Below, in pieces: positions 9,593-18,772 of a stretch of 64,000 bases of DNA. The translations under genes were made by a program, and so were the position numbers. This stretch comes from a virus. Numbering within the stretch: position 1 is the stretch's first letter; each line of letters starts with the position of its first letter. The notes beneath the pieces are model-generated. The model had not been told where the DNA came from. It saw only the letters and a program-made list of their open reading frames with translations, and ran no database searches. The DNA lies in IMG/VR virus record IMGVR_UViG_3300009068_004979; one strand, 5' to 3'.

Positions 9593-9880
9593 ATGTTGTT
9601 TGAAAATGCATTTTATTTGGCACTTGATAATGAACTAGTTGAAGAGAGAAGCACAGGAAAATGCACAAAAGTTACCGGACAAATGTCATCATCTCGATCT
9701 GATAAAAAATACATGCGTTGTGCGCGTGTTGGTGGTAAGCTCAAGCGTGTACATTATGGGGATCCAAATCTAAGAATAAAGAAATCCAACCCAAAGCGTA
9801 GAAAAAGCTTCAGAGCTCGACACAAGTGTTCTTCTGCAAAACCCGGTACTGCAAAATATTTTAGTTGTAAAAACTGGTAA
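9593..9880 (+). CDS. Small basic T4-like phage protein (DUF6321-like)
   Basis: VHYGDPNLRIKKSNPKRRKSFRARHKC; TAAATA 6 nt before ATG. Confidence 0.75.
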   Translation: MLFENAFYLALDNELVEERSTGKCTKVTGQMSSSRSDKKYMRCARVGGKLKRVHYGDPNLRIKKSNPKRRKSFRARHKCSSAKPGTAKYFSCKNW

Positions 9881-9883
9881 CCT

Positions 9884-9889
9884 TAAATA
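9884..9889 (+). promoter_or_regulatory. gp55-type late promoter (representative of a TAA(A/G)TA family)
   Basis: TAAATA 5 nt before ATG 9895; the same geometry recurs at more than 15 late genes. Confidence 0.75.
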
Positions 9890-9894
9890 ATAAT

Positions 9895-10308
9895 ATGACA
9901 TCTTTTAAGCAATTCTATAAAAGACCTGTACTCGGTGTTGGTGAAGTAATAGATATTGCTGGTATAGGGTCTGTAAAAGCCAAGGTTGATAGCGGTAATG
10001 AGGCTTTTAATGTTTTGCATGGTACCAATATAAAGGATGAAAATAACGAAGTAAGCTTTACAACAATTAATAATAAGAACATTAAAAAGCCTAAGCACGA
10101 TACTATTACAATTCATATAGGCAGCGGTGTGAAGGAAGACAGGCCTGTGGTTTTATTTGATATAAAGATAGATGGTAAAGAGTATAAAAATATACCTTTT
10201 AGTATAGCTGATAGAACGGAGAACGATGAGCCTGTTCTAGTAGGTGAGCCGTTTGTGAGACAGCTAAATGCTCTTATTGATGTGAAGAGAGATAATACAG
10301 AAGATTAA
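9895..10308 (+). CDS. Retropepsin-like protease (RimK-associated 'ATP-dependent zinc protease' family)
   Basis: AKVDSGN catalytic-type motif, E.RPVV, DR...PVLVG. Confidence 0.75.
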   Translation: MTSFKQFYKRPVLGVGEVIDIAGIGSVKAKVDSGNEAFNVLHGTNIKDENNEVSFTTINNKNIKKPKHDTITIHIGSGVKEDRPVVLFDIKIDGKEYKNIPFSIADRTENDEPVLVGEPFVRQLNALIDVKRDNTED

Positions 10309-10958
10309 TTATTCTTCATGTTGGCAACAAAAGTATAAAATTCTGCTCGAACAGCAGCATCATTCATAAAGTCACCACTTAGCTTGCTTGTCTTCATCTC
10401 ACAACCATCATGCTTAATACCGCGGAGACATGCACATGTATGAGTTGCACTCACCATAACAGCTACACCGCGATTCTTCTCGCATACTTCATTAATTGCA
10501 TCATGAATTTGAATAGTAAGACCTTCTTGTATCTGAGGTCTGCGCGCATAAAACTCCACAATACGATTCAGCTTACTCAAGCCAATTACTCTGCCTTCAA
10601 GAGAAGGAATATAGGCTACATGTGCTTTACCGGTAAAAGCGAGATGATGATGACTGCACAAGCTCTTGACTGGAATACCACCTTGAAACACCATGCCATC
10701 ATAACCATTGCTCGGAAATGATGTTACTTTTGGTGGTTCATTATAACATCCTGCAGCAAGATCCTGCACAAAAGCTTTAGCAACACGACGAGGTGTATTG
10801 GTACTATTCGGATCATTACGCCAATCAAAGCCTAGAGCATCAAGATATGCTTCATAAGCTTTTGCAGCTTTCTCAATAATCTCAACTTTCTCTCCCTCTG
10901 TATGAGGATGGTTTCCGTTGGCAAACTTCAATCTTACAACTTTACTATATTCTGACAT
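10305..10958 (-). CDS. folE: GTP cyclohydrolase I
   Basis: TPRRVAK, SLCSHH, GLSKLNRIV, RPQIQE, HTCACLRG. Confidence 0.95.
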   Translation of the reverse strand: MSEYSKVVRLKFANGNHPHTEGEKVEIIEKAAKAYEAYLDALGFDWRNDPNSTNTPRRVAKAFVQDLAAGCYNEPPKVTSFPSNGYDGMVFQGGIPVKSLCSHHHLAFTGKAHVAYIPSLEGRVIGLSKLNRIVEFYARRPQIQEGLTIQIHDAINEVCEKNRGVAVMVSATHTCACLRGIKHDGCEMKTSKLSGDFMNDAAVRAEFYTFVANMKNN

Positions 10959-10966
10959 ATTGTGTT

Positions 10967-10994
10967 ATTATAATATATGTTTTACGTAGTTCAA
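10967..10994 (-). promoter_or_regulatory. Sigma70-like promoter of folE
   Basis: TTGAAC-N16-TATAAT-N8-ATG. Confidence 0.65.
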
Positions 10995-11007
10995 CATAAA
11001 TAATAGT

Positions 11008-12000
11008 ATGAAGTATCTTTCTCTATTACAAGAAAGCCTCAGAAGTCTCACACTAAAGCGCGTGAGAATAAAAATCGATCCTGCACAAGTTACAAAAGAA
11101 TGTGATTTTACGAAATGCACAGGTTATGAAGGTTATGTGCTTGAAGAATGTGGAGGCTCAATGAAAATATTGGTTCTATCCCCGGAGATGCCTGTGCATC
11201 AAATACCTGATGAATTTTTAGAAATTATATCAGATGTTCATGAGCATGATACTTTTGATGAATTTAAGGCTCTAGTTATAAAGCATCTGGTAGCAAGAGG
11301 TAAGACAGAGACAGATCCTGTATCACAGGATGTTTTAAGATCTGAAACTGTAGGCGAAATAGAGAGTGCACTCAGACAAGCAGGTGCTACTGAAGAAGAT
11401 TTGACAAAATTATATCGTCATTTTATTGAACATGAAGATGAAATACATGAAGCAAAAGATGAAGATTTGACTCTCAAGGATTATAAAGCTGCTGTAAAGC
11501 AGAAATACCAGGATTTAAAATCTAAAGCAAAAGACCCAGCAACATATCTCAAAGTACCCGGGAAAGCAGTGGGCTTAGCAGGCAAAGCTATTAGTGGTCT
11601 AGGATCTTTAGCGGGCGCTATTGGAGGCAAAGCTTCACAACCAGAGACTACACCACAAGCATTAGCATCAACTGTACAGACAATTGGTGGTGCTGTACAG
11701 AAGGTAGGTGCAAAGCTTCAGGAACCAGTAACAAAATTTCAACAGGCCGCAGCTAGACAAAAGTATGCTCCAGCAGAATTTGATTTGGGTGAAATTCTGA
11801 ATCCAAATGGCTTCTTTACCAAGAAAGATGCAGCAGGGAAGGTAATACCTACATATACACAAGCAGATATTAAATCAGGCAAAGTCATAAGCTATACAAA
11901 TAGATATGGCAAAAAGATCAGTTATAAGATTATCGGCACAGAAAAAGACAAAGCTGGTAATGTTGTTGTTAAGGCCGAACCACAAACAAAAGGTTACTAA
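11008..12000 (+). CDS. Hypothetical late/internal protein
   Basis: TAAATA 5 nt before ATG; MKYLSLLQE; Ala/Gly/Lys-rich C-terminal half. Confidence 0.6.
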   Translation: MKYLSLLQESLRSLTLKRVRIKIDPAQVTKECDFTKCTGYEGYVLEECGGSMKILVLSPEMPVHQIPDEFLEIISDVHEHDTFDEFKALVIKHLVARGKTETDPVSQDVLRSETVGEIESALRQAGATEEDLTKLYRHFIEHEDEIHEAKDEDLTLKDYKAAVKQKYQDLKSKAKDPATYLKVPGKAVGLAGKAISGLGSLAGAIGGKASQPETTPQALASTVQTIGGAVQKVGAKLQEPVTKFQQAAARQKYAPAEFDLGEILNPNGFFTKKDAAGKVIPTYTQADIKSGKVISYTNRYGKKISYKIIGTEKDKAGNVVVKAEPQTKGY

Positions 12001-12141
12001 ATACAACAAAACAGTTGATTTCTGTTGCATATTTGGTTATAATAATACAGTAATAGAAAGCCTAGTACCATTCTGGATTTGTCTTGATATTACTCGATAT
12101 ACTAGTTGATTAATAGATAAAGGAGTTTAAACTGATATTAT

Positions 12142-12924
12142 ATGAATTACGAAAGTACAAAGATAATTGAATTAGGTTCTTGCGCATTTAGACAATGGAG
12201 AGCTGATAGTCATTGCAAATTTATACATGGTTACAGACTAGTAGCTAAGTTCTGGTTTAAATGTAATCATTTAGATGATAGAAACTGGGTTGTTGATTTT
12301 GGTGGTCTAAAAGAACTCAAACAAGTACTCGAAAAACAATTTGACCATACATTATGCGTTTCAGCTGACGATCCTCAGATAGAGCTTTTGAAGCAATTAC
12401 ATACTGTCGGAGCATGTGATTTGCGCATTATGCCGAAGGGAGTTGGTATTGAGAGAACAGCGGAATGGTGCTTTGATGTTGCTGATGGACATATTAGAGG
12501 TCTTACAAGCAATAGATGCTGGGTTGATAGAGTTGAGGTATGGGAACATGAAAAGAATTCTGCAATTGTGAGCTATGAGCATACATGTATTGCAAATCAT
12601 AATTCTTACGCTGCAGATAGACATATTGCAGAGCAATATGAATTACCATTTAATGGAAATGAAACAATATCAACAACCATACAGCCAAATTTACACATGT
12701 CAACAACAGTAGCTGCTGGTATTAATATCGATAATGCTAATATAACACCAGTTGATGCCCCGACAGATCCAAATACTACTCGTCCAGCTCCTGTGGGTAA
12801 TCAGAAATCTGTAATTACACAGAGCAATACTAAGCCCGATCACGCTGCTCCAGCTCGAGTAGGCAAAGCTCCTGTTACACAGGGCTGGTCTAATCCATTT
12901 GCTGGAACAAGCTGGGGCGCATAA
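12142..12924 (+). CDS. queD: 6-carboxy-5,6,7,8-tetrahydropterin synthase with a C-terminal extension
   Basis: HCKFIHGY, VDFGGLK, FDHT, EVWEH. Confidence 0.9.
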   Translation: MNYESTKIIELGSCAFRQWRADSHCKFIHGYRLVAKFWFKCNHLDDRNWVVDFGGLKELKQVLEKQFDHTLCVSADDPQIELLKQLHTVGACDLRIMPKGVGIERTAEWCFDVADGHIRGLTSNRCWVDRVEVWEHEKNSAIVSYEHTCIANHNSYAADRHIAEQYELPFNGNETISTTIQPNLHMSTTVAAGINIDNANITPVDAPTDPNTTRPAPVGNQKSVITQSNTKPDHAAPARVGKAPVTQGWSNPFAGTSWGA

Positions 12925-13113
12925 TTGAATCCAGAAGAGTTAGCTCAAAAATACGGTGGTGATATCTCAGATTATTACACCGCAAAACAAAAACAAGAGC
13001 TGCCAGGTCATGATAATAAAAATTTGCAGGATATATATCAACAACAAATAAAGCCTAAAAACAATAAAACAATTTTTCTGAGCAAAGATATTATAAGATT
13101 TAAACCAGAATAA
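12925..13113 (+). CDS. Small hypothetical protein
   Basis: 62-aa ORF abutting both neighbours, TTG start. Confidence 0.35.
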   Translation: MNPEELAQKYGGDISDYYTAKQKQELPGHDNKNLQDIYQQQIKPKNNKTIFLSKDIIRFKPE

Positions 13114-13878
13114 TTATTTTTTATTTGTTGATATAGTTCTTATACCTGATATTACCCTTACAATAAACTTTAATAATTTGCTTCTTGTTATATCATCTTC
13201 TGTGAAGTGAAACGGGTGTATGCCATTTTCTCGGCTTTGATCTGTATCAAAAGCATCCATCATCCTAGCAAAGCCTGATTTATCAAATATGTCTGCTTGC
13301 TGTGTATCACCAATAACAAAGAGCTTACAGTTTCTTCCAAATCTTGTTAAAATAGTAACCAGTTCACTATGCTCTAAATTTTGAGCTTCATCAACTATTA
13401 CTACACTATTAGCGAATGTGCTTCCTCTTAAGAAATTAACAGGTATGCATTTCATATAATCACTCTCAAATAACATATTCGTAATCTGCTTGCCAACCAA
13501 TTCATCACACTTCTCAACTAAAGGTATGCTCCATGGTTTGAATTTTTCGTCAACTTCTCCTGGAAGGCTGCCTAGTTTTCTTGTTGCTGATTCAACAATA
13601 CTACGAATATAGATGATTTCATCTATCTTCTTCTCTTTTAGCATGGAAAGTGCTACATATACGGCACAATATGTTTTTGATGATCCTGCAGGGCCGTCTA
13701 CAAATAATATGTGTGAAGAATCTTCTAGCGCTTTATCTACAAACGTCTTATGACGCTCATTGAAGTGAAATTTCTGGTCAATTTTAAAATTAAGAAAAAT
13801 ATCATTCCTCAGAATGCCGCTTTCATCCCGTGCCTGCTGTTTGACCGATTTTTTAAGCTGCCTGTCTTTTTTAGACAT
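13114..13878 (-). CDS. phoH: PhoH family ATPase
   Basis: GPAGSSKT, LGSLPG, FLRGSTF, DEAQN, GDTQQ. Confidence 0.93.
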   Translation of the reverse strand: MSKKDRQLKKSVKQQARDESGILRNDIFLNFKIDQKFHFNERHKTFVDKALEDSSHILFVDGPAGSSKTYCAVYVALSMLKEKKIDEIIYIRSIVESATRKLGSLPGEVDEKFKPWSIPLVEKCDELVGKQITNMLFESDYMKCIPVNFLRGSTFANSVVIVDEAQNLEHSELVTILTRFGRNCKLFVIGDTQQADIFDKSGFARMMDAFDTDQSRENGIHPFHFTEDDITRSKLLKFIVRVISGIRTISTNKK

Positions 13879-13896
13879 CTACTATTACTTATTCTC

Positions 13897-13924
13897 TTGA
13901 CTAGCTACAAATATACTTTATAAT
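13897..13924 (+). promoter_or_regulatory. Sigma70-like promoter of queE
   Basis: TTGACT-N16-TATAAT-N6-ATG. Confidence 0.7.
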
Positions 13925-13930
13925 ACACTT

Positions 13931-14671
13931 ATGATCAATAATTCTACCATCTTCCTCAGTGACGATAAGATATTCTATACAATTGAAGGTGAAGGAGAAC
14001 ACATAGGTAAGCCCTCTGTATTCATGAGATTATCCATGTGCAATCTCACATGTCAGGGCTTTAAATCAGCTGATGCTCCCTATGGTTGTGATAGTTTTAT
14101 AAGCTGGTCAGTTAAAAATAAGCTCACAATACAAGACATTTTAAATATGCTTGAATCTAATGGATATACGCGATATTTGCAGAATGGTGCTATTTGGAAG
14201 ATAACTGGTGGTGAACCGCTTATTCAGCAGAATAAGCTTCTAGAACTTGTTGATCAATATATATTTAGATTTGGTTATATACCGAAGATTGATTTTGAAA
14301 CTAACGCTACCATTATGCCTGATCAGCAATGGCTTGATTGGAAGGCTACATTTACAACATCACCAAAGCTGAGTAATAATGGTGATCCCGTTGAGAAGAG
14401 ATATAAACCTGAAGTATTGAAATGGCATGCTAAAAATGGATCAGGGTTTAAGTTTGTTGTGAATGGGCCCACCGATCTAAATGAGGTAATGTCACGATAT
14501 ATCAATGATCTTGGTGTTCCAAAGCATCGTGTATGGCTCATGCCATGCTGCGGCAGCAGAGATGAACATACAGTAAAAGCTGCAGCAATCGCAGAGATTT
14601 GTAAAGAAAATAATTTTAATTTCAGTCCACGGCTACAGCTAGTCATCTGGGATAAAGCGCTCAAGGTATAA
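13931..14671 (+). CDS. queE: 7-carboxy-7-deazaguanine synthase (radical SAM)
   Basis: FYTIEGEG, CNLTC...CDS, ITGGEP, ETN, SPKL. Confidence 0.93.
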   Translation: MINNSTIFLSDDKIFYTIEGEGEHIGKPSVFMRLSMCNLTCQGFKSADAPYGCDSFISWSVKNKLTIQDILNMLESNGYTRYLQNGAIWKITGGEPLIQQNKLLELVDQYIFRFGYIPKIDFETNATIMPDQQWLDWKATFTTSPKLSNNGDPVEKRYKPEVLKWHAKNGSGFKFVVNGPTDLNEVMSRYINDLGVPKHRVWLMPCCGSRDEHTVKAAAIAEICKENNFNFSPRLQLVIWDKALKV

Positions 14672-14675
14672 TGAG

Positions 14676-14909
14676 ATGAAATTTGTACCACGCAGAAGAA
14701 CAGAATATGACAACAATGGAGTCATGACTACATATGATTATGTTACATCTGCAGACATATTGGCACGACATGGTCAAGCATTTGCAACACAATTCCTGAG
14801 CTTTGCAACAGGATTACCGCAACTGTCTGCTGATGGTAAAATTGGTTATTATTACGAAGATTACAAGAAAATAGCATATCGTACAGACATGTTTATCAGC
14901 AATGGCTAA
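14676..14909 (+). CDS. Hypothetical protein
   Basis: 77-aa ORF directly after queE. Confidence 0.55.
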   Translation: MKFVPRRRTEYDNNGVMTTYDYVTSADILARHGQAFATQFLSFATGLPQLSADGKIGYYYEDYKKIAYRTDMFISNG

Positions 14910-14946
14910 TTGTTGCAAATATTCCATAAACCATTAAAATAGTATA

Positions 14947-15684
14947 ATGAGAATTGCCATATGTGGAAGTGCTTGCCAAGGTAAAACTACTCTTGTTAAC
15001 GATTTTATAAAAGCCTGGCCTAATTATAAAAAATCTGCAGAATCATACCGGGAGGCAATAAAGAAAGAAAATCTCAAGATTAACAAAGAGATCAACAAAG
15101 ACAGTCAATGGAAAATTTTAAATTGTCTTATTGATGATGTTCAGAAGACAAACAAGAACGACTATGTAATTTTTGATCGGTGTCCAATTGATAATCTTGT
15201 ATATTCTCTCTGGAGTTTTGAGAAACAAACATCAGATATTGATAGAGAATTTATTGACAAATGCATTCCACTAGTTCGTGAAAGCATGAAGTTTATTGAT
15301 ATTATCTTCTTTGTACCCATTACAAAAGTTGCCCCGGTGCAGATTGAACCAAAAGATAATCGAGAGATTGATAAAGAATTTATAGAAGAAACAGATAATA
15401 TTTTTAAGGCTATTGAATATAGCCTGATGAACAAAGGAACCTGCCCCTTCTTCAATGATGATGATAGACCACCAATCATTGAAGTGTTTGGTTCACCAGA
15501 GCAAAGAATAGAAATTATTAAGCTATATGTTAATAAGGACGGGGATGTTGTTGATGACGGGAGTAGTGTTTTGAGCACAGAAAATATTGATATGATGGAA
15601 AAGCTTCTCAGAGAACAAAGAGAAGCCGGTTATCAAGAGAAAATCGAACAAAAATTAAAAAATAAAATCATCCTTGGTGAATAA
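14947..15684 (+). CDS. P-loop nucleotide/nucleoside kinase-like protein (AAA_28/NadR type)
   Basis: GSACQGKTT, FDRCPID, DIIFFVP. Confidence 0.75.
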   Translation: MRIAICGSACQGKTTLVNDFIKAWPNYKKSAESYREAIKKENLKINKEINKDSQWKILNCLIDDVQKTNKNDYVIFDRCPIDNLVYSLWSFEKQTSDIDREFIDKCIPLVRESMKFIDIIFFVPITKVAPVQIEPKDNREIDKEFIEETDNIFKAIEYSLMNKGTCPFFNDDDRPPIIEVFGSPEQRIEIIKLYVNKDGDVVDDGSSVLSTENIDMMEKLLREQREAGYQEKIEQKLKNKIILGE

Positions 15685-15692
15685 ATATTTTG

Positions 15693-15908
15693 GTGAGCGA
15701 TTTCACTAAAAACTACGAGAGTATCCTTGAGAATTATGGTTGCATAAAAACAACACGTAGAGAATTTTATCCAAAAAATTTCAACCTTTCAGAAGACTTT
15801 GTCAATTCCTTTAAGAAAGAATACAAAAGACTAGTAGGCGAGGGTGTACACCCACGCAGAGCTTTGCAGCGCATTAACAAAGCGCTATTGTTTCACGCAA
15901 GAGATTAA
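15693..15908 (+). CDS. Small late protein (start revised to GTG 15693)
   Basis: TAAATA at 15682-15687, 5 nt before GTG; N-terminus ...YESILE. Confidence 0.55.
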   Translation: MSDFTKNYESILENYGCIKTTRREFYPKNFNLSEDFVNSFKKEYKRLVGEGVHPRRALQRINKALLFHARD

Positions 15909-16603
15909 TAGGTATATAGCATTCTCCAATAAACATTGGATGTTGTTACAACACCAGCTACATTTATTGTAAAGTTTAGCGCCTGGCCCACCTGTGTAAT
16001 AGAGCTCACATAAGGTGCACCAGAAAGACTCACATCAGCTGCTACTGTAAAATGTGAAGGCTTGATAACTGTTGCATTTCCTATGTCTGGGTAGTTTGTA
16101 AAAAAGCTTCCGATGCTGATAGTCTGCGGTGTATTATTGGAGAATTGTGTTGCACTATATAGATCAATTATTCTCTTATAGACTGTGCTTTGATATGCTG
16201 TAACAGCAGGAACAAATATTTGTGTTATAGATGTATAATCAGGCGAACCTGATAACACATATGAGGCACTTGTCACAAGCCCGTTTACTACAGAAAAAAA
16301 GTTATTATATGTTGGAGTAGGAGCTAGTGATGTTGTAGTGCCCTGTACACCATTAGAGAAGAATGCTGCTCCAGATATAGATTGTGAGTTTAATGATGTT
16401 ATTGTAAAACCATTGCCTGTCAAATCGCCTGTAACAGTAGCATTACCAGCTATATCTGCACGCACAACATTAAAATTCTGAAAAGGAATAGTCTGTGTTC
16501 CATTCTGTGTCTGCAGAATAACGAGATCTCCATCTACTGCTTCTTGAGCTTGCGGAAGATTGCCGATATTTACGTAGATGCTATTTGATTTATTAATGGC
16601 CAT
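15905..16603 (-). CDS. Putative virion structural or fibre-like protein
   Basis: Thr/Ser/Asn/Gly-rich, IGNLPQA..DGDLVI N-terminus; late promoter upstream. Confidence 0.55.
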   Translation of the reverse strand: MAINKSNSIYVNIGNLPQAQEAVDGDLVILQTQNGTQTIPFQNFNVVRADIAGNATVTGDLTGNGFTITSLNSQSISGAAFFSNGVQGTTTSLAPTPTYNNFFSVVNGLVTSASYVLSGSPDYTSITQIFVPAVTAYQSTVYKRIIDLYSATQFSNNTPQTISIGSFFTNYPDIGNATVIKPSHFTVAADVSLSGAPYVSSITQVGQALNFTINVAGVVTTSNVYWRMLYTY

Positions 16604-16636
16604 CGTTAATATTTATATTATAATATAGTATTATAT

Positions 16637-17452
16637 ATGGGAAAAATAGGTATTGGTATAGTTACATGCAACAGACCTGAATTCTTTCTAAAGTGTTTAA
16701 GATCAATTCCTGATGATAATCTAATAGCTGTAGTAAATGATGGAAGCGATTTTGAAGATATAAGTAGACTTCAGAAAGAGAAAGCGTTTACATATTTTCA
16801 TAACGAGAAAAACATTGGCGTAGGCAGGTCAAAAAATAAACTTTTCCGCTATCTTCTAGATAGCGATTGTGACCATATTTTTATAATAGAAGATGATATC
16901 ATAGTAAAAGATTCAAAAGTATTTGATGCTTATATTCAAGCACGCAATATTACTGGCATTCAGCACTTCAATTTTGGATATCATGGCCCTGCCAATAAGA
17001 ATGGTGTATCTGGCGGCCCGCCAAAGCCACGATTCATTGTTGACTACGGTGACATGAAGATTGCTATAAATCAACACAGCGTTGGTGCATTCTGTTATTA
17101 CACAAAAGAGTCACTCGAAAAAGCAGGTCTAATTGATGAAGAGTTCACAAATGCATTTGAGCATGTGGAGCATGACTACAGGCTACATAAAGCGGGGTTT
17201 GCACCACCATATTGGAATTTTGCAGATTTAGCCAACAGTATGGATTATCTTGATGAGATTGAATGTTCTGAAAAGAGTAGCGCTATTCGTCCAAGAAGTG
17301 ATTGGATGGATAATATAAAAAGAGGTGTAGAAACCTTTAAAAAGAAACATGGCTATTTACCTGCATGGCAAGGCTGTGTGCCTGATTCTTCAGAATCTCA
17401 AGTAAAGGATATATTGAAAAAAATCTATAAAAAACATTCTATAAAGAATTGA
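16637..17452 (+). CDS. Glycosyltransferase family 2
   Basis: GIVTCNR, VVNDGS, IEDD, EHVEH. Confidence 0.85.
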   Translation: MGKIGIGIVTCNRPEFFLKCLRSIPDDNLIAVVNDGSDFEDISRLQKEKAFTYFHNEKNIGVGRSKNKLFRYLLDSDCDHIFIIEDDIIVKDSKVFDAYIQARNITGIQHFNFGYHGPANKNGVSGGPPKPRFIVDYGDMKIAINQHSVGAFCYYTKESLEKAGLIDEEFTNAFEHVEHDYRLHKAGFAPPYWNFADLANSMDYLDEIECSEKSSAIRPRSDWMDNIKRGVETFKKKHGYLPAWQGCVPDSSESQVKDILKKIYKKHSIKN

Positions 17453-17482
17453 TTTTATAACATTTTATATTACAATATTATT

Positions 17483-17917
17483 ATGGAACGCAAATACCTG
17501 CCAACTTTTTCCGAATTAGTAGATCGCTTAACCATTGTTCTGCTTAAGAGCATCTTTATCCCGCAAAATAAAAAACAATACGACCAGGAGATAGTCGATA
17601 TTAAGCATGATATTGACGTAATAATTAAAGAGAAAAATCTTGTACTCAATAGTGACATCATCAAGTCTGTTTGTATTATTATGCTTGCCAATAGATACAT
17701 CTGGGAGAACGAAAGCAAGTGCCGCACAGGAGAATCCCAAGACCTATCATTACTCAAACTCACGCACTCAATTAATGGCATTCGCAATACAGCAAAAAAT
17801 ATCTTAGCAAAAGAATTTAAAGAACGCCAGGATCTTAAAATTGATTGTCTTGCTGCTGAGCTTCTTTCAGATTTTCAAAACTGGGATATTTTCAAAGATT
17901 ATGAAAACAAAAAATAA
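17483..17917 (+). CDS. Hypothetical helical protein of the glycan island
   Basis: SELVDRLTI..LK, IWENE motifs; own promoter. Confidence 0.55.
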   Translation: MERKYLPTFSELVDRLTIVLLKSIFIPQNKKQYDQEIVDIKHDIDVIIKEKNLVLNSDIIKSVCIIMLANRYIWENESKCRTGESQDLSLLKLTHSINGIRNTAKNILAKEFKERQDLKIDCLAAELLSDFQNWDIFKDYENKK

Positions 17918-18242
17918 GAATAAAAAAGATATGCCTTTTGGCGAATATTATAAACACTATCTCAAGAAGCATACAAACTTAATCAACAGGCGCTTGCATG
18001 TTATCGGCCAGCTCACAACAATCGGATATGTGACTACCGCTATCTATCTTGCAGCTACGCATAATCTCGGATGGTTGCTTCTCCTCATAGGAGCACCCTT
18101 TGTTGTATATCCTTTTGCATGGTCAGGTCATTTTTTCTTTGAGAAGAATAAACCTGCTGCGTTTAAGAACCCATGGAAAGCTAAAGCTGCTGACTGGGTT
18201 ATGCTCAAAGATATTCTCCTAGGTAGAATTAAGCTTTTTTAA
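17901..18242 (+). CDS. DUF962/Mpo1-like membrane protein
   Basis: YLKKH...NRRLHVIG, AWSGHFFFEKNKPA. Confidence 0.8.
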   Translation: MKTKNKNKKDMPFGEYYKHYLKKHTNLINRRLHVIGQLTTIGYVTTAIYLAATHNLGWLLLLIGAPFVVYPFAWSGHFFFEKNKPAAFKNPWKAKAADWVMLKDILLGRIKLF

Positions 18243-18772
18243 TGAGAATAAAAGAAGCAAGTAACACCATACAAGATCTTCTTGTATTTGAGCCTACTGT
18301 TTACAGAGATCACAGAGGTGAAAACGTTGAAACATTTAACCCTGAATTTTTCGAAAAAGCACTTTGCATTGTTGATGAGATACGGACTAACAATCTCAAA
18401 TTTACAATAGATTCATTTTCGTTTTCCAGAAAAAATGTATTACGTGGGTTTCATGGTGACACAAAAGCATGGAAATTAATTCAATGCGTGCAAGGTAGCA
18501 TATATTTTGCTGTGGTCGATCTTCGTAAAGACTCACCCACATATAAAAAAGTACAGACTTTTACTATAGATGATAAAAACCGCTATCAAGTACTTGTGCC
18601 TCGCGGGTGTGTTAACGCGCATCTCTGCTTAACAGATACTTGTATTTTTAACTATAAGCTCACTTATGGATATGTTCAGCAACATGATCAGATTACATTA
18701 AAATGGAATGATCCAGAATATAAAATATTCTGGCCTATTAAAGAACCTATTCTATCATTAAGAGATTCATGA
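18242..18772 (+). CDS. rmlC: dTDP-4-dehydrorhamnose 3,5-epimerase family
   Basis: DHRG, LRGFH, VDLRKDSPT, WNDP, ILSLRD. Confidence 0.9.
   Translation: MRIKEASNTIQDLLVFEPTVYRDHRGENVETFNPEFFEKALCIVDEIRTNNLKFTIDSFSFSRKNVLRGFHGDTKAWKLIQCVQGSIYFAVVDLRKDSPTYKKVQTFTIDDKNRYQVLVPRGCVNAHLCLTDTCIFNYKLTYGYVQQHDQITLKWNDPEYKIFWPIKEPILSLRDS

Noticed and set aside
12044-12141. preQ1 riboswitch upstream of queD (or other que genes)
   Set aside because: No preQ1-I stem/loop/A-rich tail pattern seen; promoters lie only 6-8 nt before the starts, leaving little leader
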